This document shows positions 28,609 through 38,496 of a stretch of 40,341 nt of DNA, in pieces. Where the stretch lies: NCBI GenBank assembly GCA_024639555.1, contig JAHEID010000003.1:1-40341 (forward strand). Reading direction: 5' to 3'. Position 1 is the first letter of the stretch, and every line of letters begins with the position of its first letter. This DNA comes from Deltaproteobacteria bacterium. Lineage in GTDB: Bacteria > Desulfobacterota > Desulfobulbia > Desulfobulbales > BM004. The notes under the pieces are model-generated. The model was not told the origin of the DNA and did no database searches. It worked only from the letters and a program-made list of their open reading frames with translations. Both the position numbers and the translations under genes were made by a program.

Positions 28609-30288
28609 ATGAAAAGAGGCAAAAAAATAGATGTGGATCAGCACCTGTTCATTTTCATCCTGAGCCTGGTTACCCCCCTTGTGCTTTATTTCAACAGACA
28701 CCTTGATGACAACAGGCTTACCAGCTGGAACTGGGTGTTTGATTTTGTTGACCTTTCCCGTGTTGGGCTTATGTTGACCGTGGCATTAATTTTAGCCTGG
28801 CTACTCAGCCGGATTTCCTTTTATGAAAAAAATAAACCACTGGTGCTTTTTGTCACTTCCTGTGTCATGGCTTCATCATTTTGGTCTATACCGGAGGTTA
28901 TTGTCGATGGAGCGCGGTATTTTACACAGGCAAAGCAACTCAGTGTTTACGGGGGTGGCTATTTTGCAAAACAGTGGGGCAGGGAAATTTTTGCCTGGAC
29001 AGATCTGCCGCTCGTTCCTTTCCTGTATGGCTTGGTGTTTAAATTTTTCGGGGAGCAAAGAATTTTCATCCAGGCCCTTAATACATTTTTTTATTCCTCG
29101 ACCGTTGTCTTAACCTACCAGCTCGGAAAAACCCTTTGGGATGAAGATACCGGGTTCCGCTCCGGATTGCTGCTTCTCGGCTTTCCATACGTGTATACCC
29201 AGGTTCCATTGATGTTGACGGATGTACCGACCATGTTTTTTTTCATGCTTGCGGTTGTTGCCACTGTCAAGGCCTTAAAAAATGGCGGAGCAGTCCGTAT
29301 TTTACTGGCCGGTTTCGCATTGTTTTTGGTTTTTTATATAAAATATTCAACCTGGATGCTTCTGACGCTTATACCGATTATTTATGCGTACTTTATATAC
29401 GTAAACCCGACCCAGACAATAAGGCGGGGGCTGGTGTTGGCCCTGTTGGCCCTTGTTCTGACAGGAGCCTTTTTTCTTGTATATAAGGATATTCTGGGTC
29501 CACAGCTTGGCTTTCTGCTAGAGTACCAGAAACCGGGCCTGCATCGCTGGGGCGAGAGCTACATTTCCACTTTTTTATTCCAAATCCATCCCTTTATAAC
29601 TGCAGCAGCCCTTTTTGCAGTTTTTACTGCAGCCAGAAAAATGGATTTCAGGTTTTTAATCGTCAGCTTTCTCCTCTTCCTCTTTTTGTTTCTGCAGGTG
29701 AAAAGAATACGCTATACAATGCCGGTTTTCCCCATGTTTGCCCTGATGGCAGCCTATGGCATGGGCGAGATACAAAACAAAAAAGTGACAAAACAGGTGG
29801 TTTTCTCTATTGTCGTCACCTCCTTTGTTGTGGCTTACATGGGCTTTCTGCCTTTTTTGAATACCCTGGGGGTCCAGAACCTGCAGGCTGCGGGGCACTA
29901 TGTAAATTCAATCCCGGGGGCCAATGTTGAGGTCGTAAGTTTTGCCGGGGACAATGCAGTGGTAAACCCTGCTACAGCTGTGCCTGTTTTGGATATTTAC
30001 ACGCATAAAACGCTTGTTTATGAGTATGAACCGGTAAAGCCGGAGGTTTTGGAACGGGTCAAATCCGCCCCGCTCCGTTTCACCTGGGAATTTTCTCTGC
30101 CCGGATACTATTCCCCCAAACCAGGCACAAAAAATATTGATGCACTGGTCCTAATTTCAGATGATCCAAAGCGGCCCCTGCCGCAAGACATTGATAAGAA
30201 AACGTCACTCTATCCATTTCAAAAAATATTTAATCAGAGTTCCAATATTTTTCAGTACCAGACATTTGTAACGGTGTACCACAAATGA
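28609..30288 (+). CDS. GT-C fold membrane glycosyltransferase (ArnT/PMT-like, family 39/83)
   Basis: Many TM helices, D..RY in first loop, D-LPL, TDVP, IKYS motifs; start uncertain (28489 or 28609). Confidence 0.82.
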   Translation: MKRGKKIDVDQHLFIFILSLVTPLVLYFNRHLDDNRLTSWNWVFDFVDLSRVGLMLTVALILAWLLSRISFYEKNKPLVLFVTSCVMASSFWSIPEVIVDGARYFTQAKQLSVYGGGYFAKQWGREIFAWTDLPLVPFLYGLVFKFFGEQRIFIQALNTFFYSSTVVLTYQLGKTLWDEDTGFRSGLLLLGFPYVYTQVPLMLTDVPTMFFFMLAVVATVKALKNGGAVRILLAGFALFLVFYIKYSTWMLLTLIPIIYAYFIYVNPTQTIRRGLVLALLALVLTGAFFLVYKDILGPQLGFLLEYQKPGLHRWGESYISTFLFQIHPFITAAALFAVFTAARKMDFRFLIVSFLLFLFLFLQVKRIRYTMPVFPMFALMAAYGMGEIQNKKVTKQVVFSIVVTSFVVAYMGFLPFLNTLGVQNLQAAGHYVNSIPGANVEVVSFAGDNAVVNPATAVPVLDIYTHKTLVYEYEPVKPEVLERVKSAPLRFTWEFSLPGYYSPKPGTKNIDALVLISDDPKRPLPQDIDKKTSLYPFQKIFNQSSNIFQYQTFVTVYHK

Positions 30289-30393
30289 CAGGTTCATGCC
30301 GTATAGGTATTTCCCCCTAATCGCAGGCCATCCCAGGAAATTTTTTTAAACACAAGGGGTTTTTCAACCACCAGTGACCATGAACCTTTTTTC

Positions 30394-30422
30394 TTGACAT
30401 TTATCATACGACAAATTATACA
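30394..30422 (+). promoter_or_regulatory. Sigma70-like promoter of the yeeE operon
   Basis: TTGACA-17-TATACA about 200 nt upstream of the start codon. Confidence 0.6.
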
Positions 30423-30626
30423 CTCCAAATTATCAAAATGAGTGAGGGTTCATTTTTTTTGTTGCTGAAAACTGCCCGCTACCTTTAAATAAAGAACAAT
30501 GCAGAAGGTTTTCAGGCAGCTTTGTATAGGGTATAGGGAAGACAAACGGTTAATTTATTCATTGAGATTTTGCATTATCAGTTCAAAATGCACCACAGTT
30601 TAATGATTTAACCATAGGGGGGAAGT

Positions 30627-32072
30627 ATGGAAGATCAAAAGAAAAAGAATATACGCAAGGCATACATTATAGCCGGTGTGTTTATCCTGATCACTGTTCT
30701 GTATGCAAGCGCAAGTGCAAATTACATGTACCTGAATGTGTATATCTGGTTTGGGCTCGCGTACGGCATGATGCTGCAATACGGCAGGTTCTGCTTTGCA
30801 TCTGCCTCGCGTGACCTTTTTGCGGCAGGGGTTCCAAGGATGGCGGTCGGGATTCTTATAGCCCTGATTTTTTTCAGCCTTATTCAAGCGTTGCTGATGG
30901 CCACAAACATGAGCACCTTCCACCCGGCACCGGCAGGGATACATACCTTGATCGCCGGGGTCATATTCGGAGTGGGGATGGTTCTTGCCGGTGGTTGTGC
31001 ATCCGGCTCCCTCTACAAAATTGGTGAAGGAAACGGCACCTCCATATTGTCCATTATGGGAATTTCTTTTGGCCAAGCCATTTTTGTAACCGCCGGAGGG
31101 CCGTTCAACAAGCTGCTGCCGCAATCCTGGATTCAGTCTTCCATGTCAAAAACCTGGCTGCCCCGCGAGAACGTCACCTCCTGGTTTGATACTTACATGA
31201 CAGGTTACATTTTTGACCTGGACACAGTCCAGCTGTCGCATACAAAATTGTTTTCAGTCCTGCCCGGCGCCTGGAAGTACTTTATCGGTGACGCACTTGT
31301 CAACGCCATTATTCCGGCGATTCTTGTTGTTGTTGTTATCTACTTCGCCTATATGAAAAAGGGCTTTATCAAGAAACGCAAAAAACATAACAAGAAAAAT
31401 CCCGACGCCCAAATTCCATTATCAGGCATGGGCGTTCATATGACAGGCATCAAGGATATGGTCCTGGCTTCCAAGCGTACCACTTTGATGGGTGTGTTGA
31501 TCGGTTGTACTGCGGGTTGGCACATTTTTGTTATGAAAGGTATGCAGCTCAAATACAATGTAACAAACTTCGGGCAGTTGCTTACCCAAATGGGCCATGG
31601 TTCAGATACAGGGATATTTGGTAACGTCTTTGATCCAGGGTACTGGTATATCACTACCCAGGAAGCCCAGTTTGCCGGTTGGATTATGGAAAAAATAGGC
31701 ATTGATATGCGCCACAATGTCTTTTTCGGCGTGGTCAACGGTTTGCCGGAATTATGGCGCAACCCGGCTCTCTGGATGTCCGTTGGTATTATTTTCGGTG
31801 CCATGATACTCTCTTTGATCAGCAACGAGTTCAAGTTCAAGGCGCCCAAGGGCGAGCTTATCGTCTGGGGTCTTGTGGGCGGCACCCTGATGGGAATCGG
31901 TTCCCGCCCCGGCCTCGGGTGCAACATCGGCGCATTTTTTATCCGGGCGGCCGGCGGCGACCCGGGCGGCTGGCTGTTTGGTCTTGGCATGGTTACAGGG
32001 GCCTTTTTTGGGGTTAAGTTCTTTAACTGGTGGACTGAAAGGAAGATGGCAAAAGAGATGGCAGATTTTTAA
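30627..32072 (+). CDS. YeeE/YedE family sulfur (thiosulfate) transport membrane protein, long form
   Basis: Three conserved Cys motifs GRFCF, LAGGCASG, GLGCNIG; adjacent TusA-like gene. Confidence 0.92.
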   Translation: MEDQKKKNIRKAYIIAGVFILITVLYASASANYMYLNVYIWFGLAYGMMLQYGRFCFASASRDLFAAGVPRMAVGILIALIFFSLIQALLMATNMSTFHPAPAGIHTLIAGVIFGVGMVLAGGCASGSLYKIGEGNGTSILSIMGISFGQAIFVTAGGPFNKLLPQSWIQSSMSKTWLPRENVTSWFDTYMTGYIFDLDTVQLSHTKLFSVLPGAWKYFIGDALVNAIIPAILVVVVIYFAYMKKGFIKKRKKHNKKNPDAQIPLSGMGVHMTGIKDMVLASKRTTLMGVLIGCTAGWHIFVMKGMQLKYNVTNFGQLLTQMGHGSDTGIFGNVFDPGYWYITTQEAQFAGWIMEKIGIDMRHNVFFGVVNGLPELWRNPALWMSVGIIFGAMILSLISNEFKFKAPKGELIVWGLVGGTLMGIGSRPGLGCNIGAFFIRAAGGDPGGWLFGLGMVTGAFFGVKFFNWWTERKMAKEMADF

Positions 32073-32122
32073 TATAGTTTAACTATCGGAACTATCATAA
32101 ATGAATTTGGAGGAAAACTAAA

Positions 32123-32377
32123 ATGGCTGAAATGAAATTTACAAAAACCAGTGATGATACCTATGTATTGGATGTTTGCGGATATGTTTGCCCGCATCCT
32201 CAGCTGTACTGCAAAAAATCATTGGAAAAAATGGAAGAAGGCGACACCTTAAAGCTTATCTTTGACAATGCTTCATCGGGTGAAACCATTATTCAGATGT
32301 GCGAGCAGGCCGGCCACGAAATCCTGGAGCAGGACAAGGAAGGCGGCAAAATCATCTTTATGATCGAAAAAGGATAG
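32123..32377 (+). CDS. TusA/YeeD/YedF family sulfur carrier
   Basis: LDVCGYVCPHP (CPxP) motif, 84 aa, GGAGG RBS. Confidence 0.92.
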   Translation: MAEMKFTKTSDDTYVLDVCGYVCPHPQLYCKKSLEKMEEGDTLKLIFDNASSGETIIQMCEQAGHEILEQDKEGGKIIFMIEKG

Positions 32378-32424
32378 GAACTCTTTTTCTTTTGGAGCAT
32401 AAAAGGCTCTAAGGAGGTCAACAC

Positions 32425-32874
32425 ATGAATAAGCCTCTGGCGATAATAATAGTAATAGTGGTTGGAATGCTGGGGTACCTAACTATGTACAGTCAGACCG
32501 GTAAAGTGCCTGAAGTAGAAAAGGTTGGGGAAAGCCAGGAAGGGCAGGATGCACAGCCTTCCGGTGGCTATGGAGCCGCCCCAGCCCCGGCCGCAGGTGG
32601 CTATGGTGCCCCACCACCTCCAGCAGGCGGTTATGGCGCTCCGCCACCAGCTGCAGGCGGATATGGTGCTCCGCCACCAGCTGCAGGCGGATATGGTGCT
32701 CCGCCACCTCCAGCAGGCGGTTATGGCGCTCCTCCGCCTCCAGCAGGCGGTTATGGCGCTCCTCCGCCTCCAGCAGGCGGTTATGGCGCTCCTCCGCCTC
32801 CAGCAGGTGGTTATGGTGCTCCTCCGCCTCCAGCAGGTGGTTATGGTGCTCCTCCGCCTCCAGCGCGGCAATAG
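32425..32874 (+). CDS. Membrane-anchored Gly/Tyr/Pro repeat protein
   Basis: N-terminal TM/signal anchor, then 10 GGYGA(P/A)n units; AAGGAGG RBS; repeat variation is largely at third codon positions in this frame. Confidence 0.85.
   Translation: MNKPLAIIIVIVVGMLGYLTMYSQTGKVPEVEKVGESQEGQDAQPSGGYGAAPAPAAGGYGAPPPPAGGYGAPPPAAGGYGAPPPAAGGYGAPPPPAGGYGAPPPPAGGYGAPPPPAGGYGAPPPPAGGYGAPPPPAGGYGAPPPPARQ
32563..32865 (+). repeat. 30-bp coding tandem repeat x10 (GGYGAPPPPA)
   Basis: Unit approx. GGYGGTTATGGYGCTCCKCCRCCTCCAGCA; first unit 33 bp. Confidence 0.97.
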
Positions 32875-32943
32875 AGTATTTGATTACGGGGGCCATCAAA
32901 CAATATGATATGGATTCTCGTTAACCGATAACGGGTGAATGTG

Positions 32944-33405
32944 ATGAATAAAATATTGATCTCAGTTGATGATACGAAAAGTTCGAAAGAAATTTTTGAG
33001 AAATGTACGCAGATGTGCAAATGCATGGCACCTGAAGAAATCATCCTGCTGTACGTTGAAAAATTTGCCGGCAGGTCTCTTATGGACGAGATGCTGGGTG
33101 ATGCTGAGCTGAGTACACTTGCGGATGTGGTCCAAGGCACTGAATTTAAAGAAGCCATGGACAAGAAGGCTGAAAAGATACTGAATTTTTATAAAAGTTC
33201 CCTTGAAGAACGGTCTCCGGTACCCAATATCCGGACAATGGTAAAGACCGGTATACCGGCTGAAGAAATTGTCCAGACAGCCAAAGATGAGGATGTCAGC
33301 TTGATTATCATTGGTTCCAGAGGAAAAAGGGCCCGCCTTTTCATGGGAAGCGTCAGCAGGGAGGTTGCCAATACTGCTGACCGTCCGGTGATGATTGTCA
33401 AATAA
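32944..33405 (+). CDS. Universal stress protein (USP)
   Basis: KILISVD, G.PAEEI, IIIGSRG, MGSVS, PVMIVK. Confidence 0.93.
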   Translation: MNKILISVDDTKSSKEIFEKCTQMCKCMAPEEIILLYVEKFAGRSLMDEMLGDAELSTLADVVQGTEFKEAMDKKAEKILNFYKSSLEERSPVPNIRTMVKTGIPAEEIVQTAKDEDVSLIIIGSRGKRARLFMGSVSREVANTADRPVMIVK

Positions 33406-33493
33406 TATTTTAACTGCTGCCAATGTATCGCAGCACGCTTTTCAGTTCAGATAATACCTGAGCCCGAAATAATCGTGGGTCCGGGAGATATTG

Positions 33494-33533
33494 AAGCCAG
33501 GAGAGTCAGCGTATGGGCTCTCCTGGCTTTTTT
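33494..33533 (+). terminator. Intrinsic terminator of the yeeE-tusA-repeat-usp operon
   Basis: AAGCCAGGAGAGT/GCTCTCCTGGCTT stem plus T run. Confidence 0.85.
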
Positions 33534-33646
33534 ATTTGGCGATGTTGCCTTTACAATTTATTACCAGCATAGAAGCCCTTAAAAGACTATAATAGATATA
33601 AAGAAAAGTAAATTCCCGTGAAAGTTCATTGGAAAATAAGCAAAAG

Positions 33647-35080
33647 ATGAAATGTGCGCTTATAATACCCGCCTGGGCCCCGGAGGATATTTTTTCCACA
33701 AAAACAGCGGGCTCCCAGATTAATTACTGGCAGCCGCTTGGTACACTTTATGTTGCTGCAGCTTTGCAACAGGCAGGCCACAAGGTGCGGTTTTATAATG
33801 GGGCCTTTATGGCTCATGATGAAATAATGCAGCATGTTCAAGAGTATCAGCCGGAATTTGTCGGCCTCTATTCCACCGCCTTTGGCTGGGGAAAGGCCAA
33901 AGTGACGGCAGCTGCCGTAAAACAAAGCCTTACTGATGTTTTCCTGACAGTTGGCGGGCCCTATCCCGTAGCGCTGCAGGAAAAATGTTTTGAGGACTGC
34001 CCGGATATTGATGCTGTAGTAACAGGCGAGGGAGAGATAACGATTGTTGAAATGCTCGCCAGGCTTGACTCTGGAGCAGACCTTGACGGGGTAGAGGGAG
34101 TGGCCTACCGACAGGGCAAAAAAATCAAGAAAAACCCACCCCGTCCCCTTATCACCGACCTGGATGCGCTGCCCTTTCCTGCCCGGGAACTTTTGGGTGA
34201 AGCCGGCAAATATATTCCCCCGCCTGCCACCTACAAAAGAAAGCCTGTTGCCGTCATCATGACCGCCAGGGGCTGCAACCGCAACTGCCTGTACTGTTTT
34301 CAGATAGACAAACACCGCAAAAGCGGCATACGGTATCGTTCAGTGGAAAACGTTATGGCAGAGATCGAGTTTGTCTTGGGCCAGGGCTACAGGGAGATCA
34401 AGTTTATCGATGACACTCTTGCAGCTGATTACAACAGGGCCATGACTCTTGCCAATGAAATAAAGAAGCGTAACCTTGATTTCACCTGGTTCGCCTCAGC
34501 TGTTGTGAACCAGGTTGACAGGCCTTTGCTGCAGGCCTTTAAGGATGCTGGATGCTGGGCTATTTTATTCGGTGCTGAAAGCGGCGTGCAGAAGGATTTG
34601 AATGCCATCCGTAAAGGCATAACACCGAACCAAATCCGTAAGGCGGTGAAGGCTGCCAAAGAGGTGGGACTGACAGTGTATACACCTTTTCTCTTTGGTA
34701 TACCGGGGCAGACCTTCGAGGATGGACTGAAAACCATTGAATTTGCCCTGGAACTCGACCCGGATATTGCCAATTTTCATGCCATAACACCGTTCCCCGG
34801 CACCGAGCTCTATGATAATATCGAAAAATACGGCACAATGTCTGAGGATTTGTCAGACTTCACTTACCAGGGTGCAGCCTTTGTACCGTTTACCATGACA
34901 CGGGAGCAGATTTCCGAGCTGCGGCAGCTGGCCCTCAAGAAATTCTATTCCCGCCCAAAGTTCCTCTGGCGCCGGGTCCTGGCGCTTCGCAGTTTAAACG
35001 ACCTTCTTGCCGCCTGGCAGGGAATTAAAAGCCTGTTTTGGCTGCAGGCAGAAAATAACCTTTTCAAGCGCAGCAGGTAA
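33647..35080 (+). CDS. Cobalamin-binding radical SAM protein
   Basis: PLGTLYVAA, VGGPYP, GEGE (B12 domain); RGCNRNCLYC; FIDD; GAESG; TPFPGT. Confidence 0.93.
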   Translation: MKCALIIPAWAPEDIFSTKTAGSQINYWQPLGTLYVAAALQQAGHKVRFYNGAFMAHDEIMQHVQEYQPEFVGLYSTAFGWGKAKVTAAAVKQSLTDVFLTVGGPYPVALQEKCFEDCPDIDAVVTGEGEITIVEMLARLDSGADLDGVEGVAYRQGKKIKKNPPRPLITDLDALPFPARELLGEAGKYIPPPATYKRKPVAVIMTARGCNRNCLYCFQIDKHRKSGIRYRSVENVMAEIEFVLGQGYREIKFIDDTLAADYNRAMTLANEIKKRNLDFTWFASAVVNQVDRPLLQAFKDAGCWAILFGAESGVQKDLNAIRKGITPNQIRKAVKAAKEVGLTVYTPFLFGIPGQTFEDGLKTIEFALELDPDIANFHAITPFPGTELYDNIEKYGTMSEDLSDFTYQGAAFVPFTMTREQISELRQLALKKFYSRPKFLWRRVLALRSLNDLLAAWQGIKSLFWLQAENNLFKRSR

Positions 35081-35248
35081 TATTTTCTTCCTGAAAATAT
35101 ACGAGTTGGGGTTGCAGGCTTATTCAAGGAGTCAATATTCCTGCCACTGTGATGCAGTACAACAGCAGGTTTCGCTATATGCGCCAGTTTGCGAAGCCCC
35201 CCTATAAAGATAGAATGCTTTTTCTGAAATGGTCATGAATACTTCGGG

Positions 35249-36337
35249 TTAGAGCTGCAGGTATTCCTTTAACAGGGCAGGGTAGCGGCTGGGATTGAAT
35301 AAAATATTGGTCATGAAATAGCACTCGTGGGTACAGTGGCAGCCCATGTCGTGTATGAATTGAAGAATTTGTCTGGAGCGATCAGATTCCAGCAATTTCT
35401 GCAGGTCATATTCACTCTCCCGCACATTGCCGAATTTCATCTGCTCAGAAAAATCCTCACAGGGGTAGAGGTCTCCGGTTTCGGTCAGCACCAGGTTCAG
35501 CTTTCCGGCATAACAGGGGGCGGTGCGCTTTGATTGGCGGGAAGCCTCATGGATAAGACGGCGCTGGAGAATATCCTGGGCCGCCTTGAGTTTGGCCCCC
35601 CGGAAACGATACATTGATGCCAGTCTTTTTTTCAGGTCTGACTCCAGCCGGTCAATAACTTTTTTGTACTTGTCTAGATCCACCTGCTTCAGGTCATCAC
35701 GGAAGACCTCGCCCCGGATGAGGGAGACCGTATGGGTCTTGACCTGGGGCAGAGTTTGGACCTTGTCTATGACTTCATCAATATATTCCTGGTTGTCCCG
35801 GCAGAATACGGTGTTGATGCCGAGTTCAAAGTTGCCATACCTGTGAACGAGTTTTCCCAGTGCCTTGCAGGTCTTGAGAGTTTTCTGGTAAGCGCCTGCA
35901 ACCCCGCGCAGCTCATCATGGACCTTTTCCGGGCCATCAAGGGAAAGCTTGACCACAATGGAGCTTTTGGGGCACTCCTGCAGGATGGTTTCCACCGCAT
36001 GGTAAATTGTCTCCTGCAGCAGGCCGTTGGTGGGCAGAAGAATGATCGCCGGCCGGTTGATTCTGTAAAAAAGCTGCGTAATTTGAACAAGGTCGGAACG
36101 CAGAAAAATTTCGCCGCCGGAAAATGCCAGCCACAGAAGTTTACCGAGCTGCGGCGCTAATTTTTCTATTTCAGCAAGGGAAAGCTCATTGCGCGACGAA
36201 AGGGGTTGGTCCTTTTGGGAGACATAGAAGCAGAAAGGGCACTTGGCATTACACCTGCGGGTGAGAAAAAAAGTAAACTGGATAGGGCGGCTTTTCCATA
36301 CGATAGAACCAAGGTGCCGGAAAGGGGAAAAGGTCAT
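35249..36337 (-). CDS. Radical SAM protein with SPASM/twitch domain
   Basis: CNAKCPFC, SGGE, SLDG, CYAG...GDLYPCE...CHCTHEC; ATG at 36337 overlaps the GT2 stop (ATGA). Confidence 0.92.
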   Translation of the reverse strand: MTFSPFRHLGSIVWKSRPIQFTFFLTRRCNAKCPFCFYVSQKDQPLSSRNELSLAEIEKLAPQLGKLLWLAFSGGEIFLRSDLVQITQLFYRINRPAIILLPTNGLLQETIYHAVETILQECPKSSIVVKLSLDGPEKVHDELRGVAGAYQKTLKTCKALGKLVHRYGNFELGINTVFCRDNQEYIDEVIDKVQTLPQVKTHTVSLIRGEVFRDDLKQVDLDKYKKVIDRLESDLKKRLASMYRFRGAKLKAAQDILQRRLIHEASRQSKRTAPCYAGKLNLVLTETGDLYPCEDFSEQMKFGNVRESEYDLQKLLESDRSRQILQFIHDMGCHCTHECYFMTNILFNPSRYPALLKEYLQL

Positions 36338-37335
36338 GGCCGCAACCCGAAATGTTGGCTGAAAAAACCGCTGCAGACGCCAATGCCCACAGCAAAGGGA
36401 TAGACCAAGGTATAATACAGCACGGCGGGGATTGCAAAAAAAGGACCGCGGACCGCGAAAAAAGCCCGGGCAAGATGCCGGTTGAGGAACAGGTTGCTGC
36501 CAAAGAGCAGCAGGATCGGCAGCACGAAAGTCCAGTTTTTCAGCAGAACACCTGTAAGTATCAGCAGGATATTGATAAAACACGAAAGCACATTAAATTT
36601 GAATTCCTGTGAAGCGGTGCCGGAGTCGGAAAGCAGGTCTTTGTTTTTAATGGAATAGATGGACCAGTATTTTGATTTTTTTATGCCGTTGCGCATTGAT
36701 CCGGCCAGGGTGAAATTAAAAATATGCTGTACCTGGATCTCTGGAACCATGCGCAGTTTAACACCCACTTTTTTCAGGCGATGGCTGAATTCCACATCCT
36801 CCAGTATGGGCATGAACTGTTCATTAAAACCGCCACTTTTTTGAAAAAGGTCTTTTGCGATAAGCATGGCGTGGGTGGCTACATAGTCAGGGTTCCGGGT
36901 GTTTTTTGTTTCAGAATAATGAATGTAGACGGATTGGAAGATGCTGAAGAATTGCTGATCATAGGGCAGCAGGGTATAAGTGCCGCCAATAATAACTCCG
37001 GGCCCCTCTTCCTGATATGCAGCAGCCGCCTTTGCCAGGGTGTCGGATTGCAGGAGGCAGTCACCGTCAATGAAAAAGAGCACATCGCCGTTGCTGTTTT
37101 GGGCCCCGGTGTTTCTTGCCCTGGAAGCACCGCCATGTTCTGACAGGCGCATGAGTCTGCAGGGATATTTCTCTATAATAGTTGTGGAGCTGTCAGCAGA
37201 ACAATCGTCAACGACAACAACTTCAAAGTTGGTATATTGTGAAGCAAAGGCGGCATCCAGGCAGCGGCCGATGGTTTTTTCGCCGTTGTAATTTGGAATG
37301 ATAACAGATATGAAGGGCGTCACGGGGAGATTCAA
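36334..37335 (-). CDS. Glycosyltransferase family 2 with C-terminal TM helices
   Basis: SVIIPNYN, VVVDDCSAD, ARNTG, FIDGD, GGF...EDVEF. Confidence 0.93.
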   Translation of the reverse strand: MNLPVTPFISVIIPNYNGEKTIGRCLDAAFASQYTNFEVVVVDDCSADSSTTIIEKYPCRLMRLSEHGGASRARNTGAQNSNGDVLFFIDGDCLLQSDTLAKAAAAYQEEGPGVIIGGTYTLLPYDQQFFSIFQSVYIHYSETKNTRNPDYVATHAMLIAKDLFQKSGGFNEQFMPILEDVEFSHRLKKVGVKLRMVPEIQVQHIFNFTLAGSMRNGIKKSKYWSIYSIKNKDLLSDSGTASQEFKFNVLSCFINILLILTGVLLKNWTFVLPILLLFGSNLFLNRHLARAFFAVRGPFFAIPAVLYYTLVYPFAVGIGVCSGFFSQHFGLRP

Positions 37336-37369
37336 TGACTATCCTGGCCTTGATTCGCATGGGGAGATT

Positions 37370-37406
37370 AAACAAAAAGAGGCCCCATGGAGAGGCCCCT
37401 TTTGTT
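37370..37406 (-). terminator. Probable terminator after the tusA-dsrEFH-like operon
   Basis: AACAAAAAGAGGCC...GGCCCCTTTTGTT inverted repeat. Confidence 0.55.
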
Positions 37407-37427
37407 GTCTAATCTTGTCAAATATTC

Positions 37428-37601
37428 TTACCACCAGCAGATGGTCTGGTCTGCGGCAAAAACCTTGCCTACCAGGGCATCATAATCAGGATTATCTGCA
37501 TTAAGATCAAAGCTGTCGCTGTCTCTTCCTTCGGAAACGATTTCAACGAGTTTTTTCGTGGTTTCAGAAGGCGCTGAACGATATACATGTAAAATTTTCA
37601 T
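37428..37601 (-). CDS. Small DsrH/TusB-like protein (absent from ORF track)
   Basis: Own translation MKILHVYRSAPSETTKKLVEIVSEGRDSDSFDLNADNPDYDALVGKVFAADQTICWW* (57 aa); AAGGAG RBS; M.LH...DY..LV....W pattern recalls DsrH. Confidence 0.75.
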   Translation of the reverse strand: MKILHVYRSAPSETTKKLVEIVSEGRDSDSFDLNADNPDYDALVGKVFAADQTICWW

Positions 37602-37639
37602 AATTATTATCTCCTTCTTGTTTAGCGTGTATTTTTAAT

Positions 37640-37787
37640 ATTCTCGTAAAAGTCTCAGGGATGGTTAAGCAAAAATTTTGATATACAAGGAGTAGTGAAT
37701 TTTTGAGAGTGAAGCCATACATGCGGTATGCTGCACGAACAAAAATGTGCTACGACGCAGTAGATCGGACTTTTTGCGATGCCATCA
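37640..37787. repeat. MITE/REP-like element (copy 2)
   Basis: GATGGTTAAGCAAAAA...GTAGATCGGACTTTTTGCGATGCCATCA, colinear with 15246-15372. Confidence 0.75.
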
Positions 37788-37790
37788 TCT

Positions 37791-38096
37791 TTAGTTGCCG
37801 TAGGGAACAATAACGTCCATCTCTCTGAGCTTCTGTCCCACCTCTTCCAGCGTGACAGCAGTTAAACCGTTGGTGTCAATATTGGCCTGCTCAGTCGAAT
37901 AAACATCCCCTTCCATGTCAAGAATCCACTCGACATTTTCAGCGTTGTAGTCATCAAACTTGGCCAGGGTGTGATTCATGATCACAGCATATGAGTAATG
38001 GTTGGCAACGGAAAGCCCCAGGGTGGAGCGGAGGGCATCCAAGGTGTTTTTTTCGTCATCACTTTTATCTAATAGAAACATAACTTTTTTCGGCAT
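37791..38096 (-). CDS. DsrF/TusC-like protein
   Basis: KKVMFL...DALRSTLGL...MDVIVPY fits the DsrE/F fold; no Cys; lies between DsrE-like and DsrH-like genes. Confidence 0.65.
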   Translation of the reverse strand: MPKKVMFLLDKSDDEKNTLDALRSTLGLSVANHYSYAVIMNHTLAKFDDYNAENVEWILDMEGDVYSTEQANIDTNGLTAVTLEEVGQKLREMDVIVPYGN

Positions 38097-38106
38097 GGCT
38101 TCCCCC

Positions 38107-38421
38107 TTACAGAGTCATATATTTTTCGCAGTCATCAATGAGATATCCGTGCTTGGCCTGGGTTGACATTTCCTTGGCGGTAAGACCTTCGGGAATGTCA
38201 TTTTCAGGGTCATATCCCATCTTTTTGTAGCTGTCTGCACAGATCGCAACTTCATCAGCAATTTTGCAGATCTCGGGGAACTGGGGATCCCTGGCAAGCA
38301 TCGTTCCTTTCCATGTGAAAAACACTTTGACAGTGGCCCCTTTCGCCTTGGCCGCCTTGGTAACCCCCATGACGTGCGCCATGTTCTTGGGGTTCGTTAC
38401 AAAAATACCTAAATTTGCCAT
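38107..38421 (-). CDS. DsrE/TusD-like sulfurtransferase
   Basis: VKVFFT..G, AICADS (candidate active Cys); GGAGG RBS. Confidence 0.82.
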   Translation of the reverse strand: MANLGIFVTNPKNMAHVMGVTKAAKAKGATVKVFFTWKGTMLARDPQFPEICKIADEVAICADSYKKMGYDPENDIPEGLTAKEMSTQAKHGYLIDDCEKYMTL

Positions 38422-38496
38422 GTTTACCTCCTAAACAGAAATTAGGTCGCATCTTTGCTGAAAAAAGAAAGTGCAACAGTTAATGTTTTGTTTGAT

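Noticed and set aside
32479-32908. Alternative-frame repeat ORFs (WRRRSAITAC, LLEAEERHNR, LLRLQQAVMA)
   Set aside because: By-products of a stop-free 30-bp repeat; only the GGYG frame has a strong RBS, a TM anchor and mostly synonymous variation. Not a CRISPR because there are no spacers
36338-36583. 82-aa N-terminal extension of the SPASM radical SAM
   Set aside because: Overlaps the GT2 coding region; the ATGA overlap at 36334-36337 gives a better start
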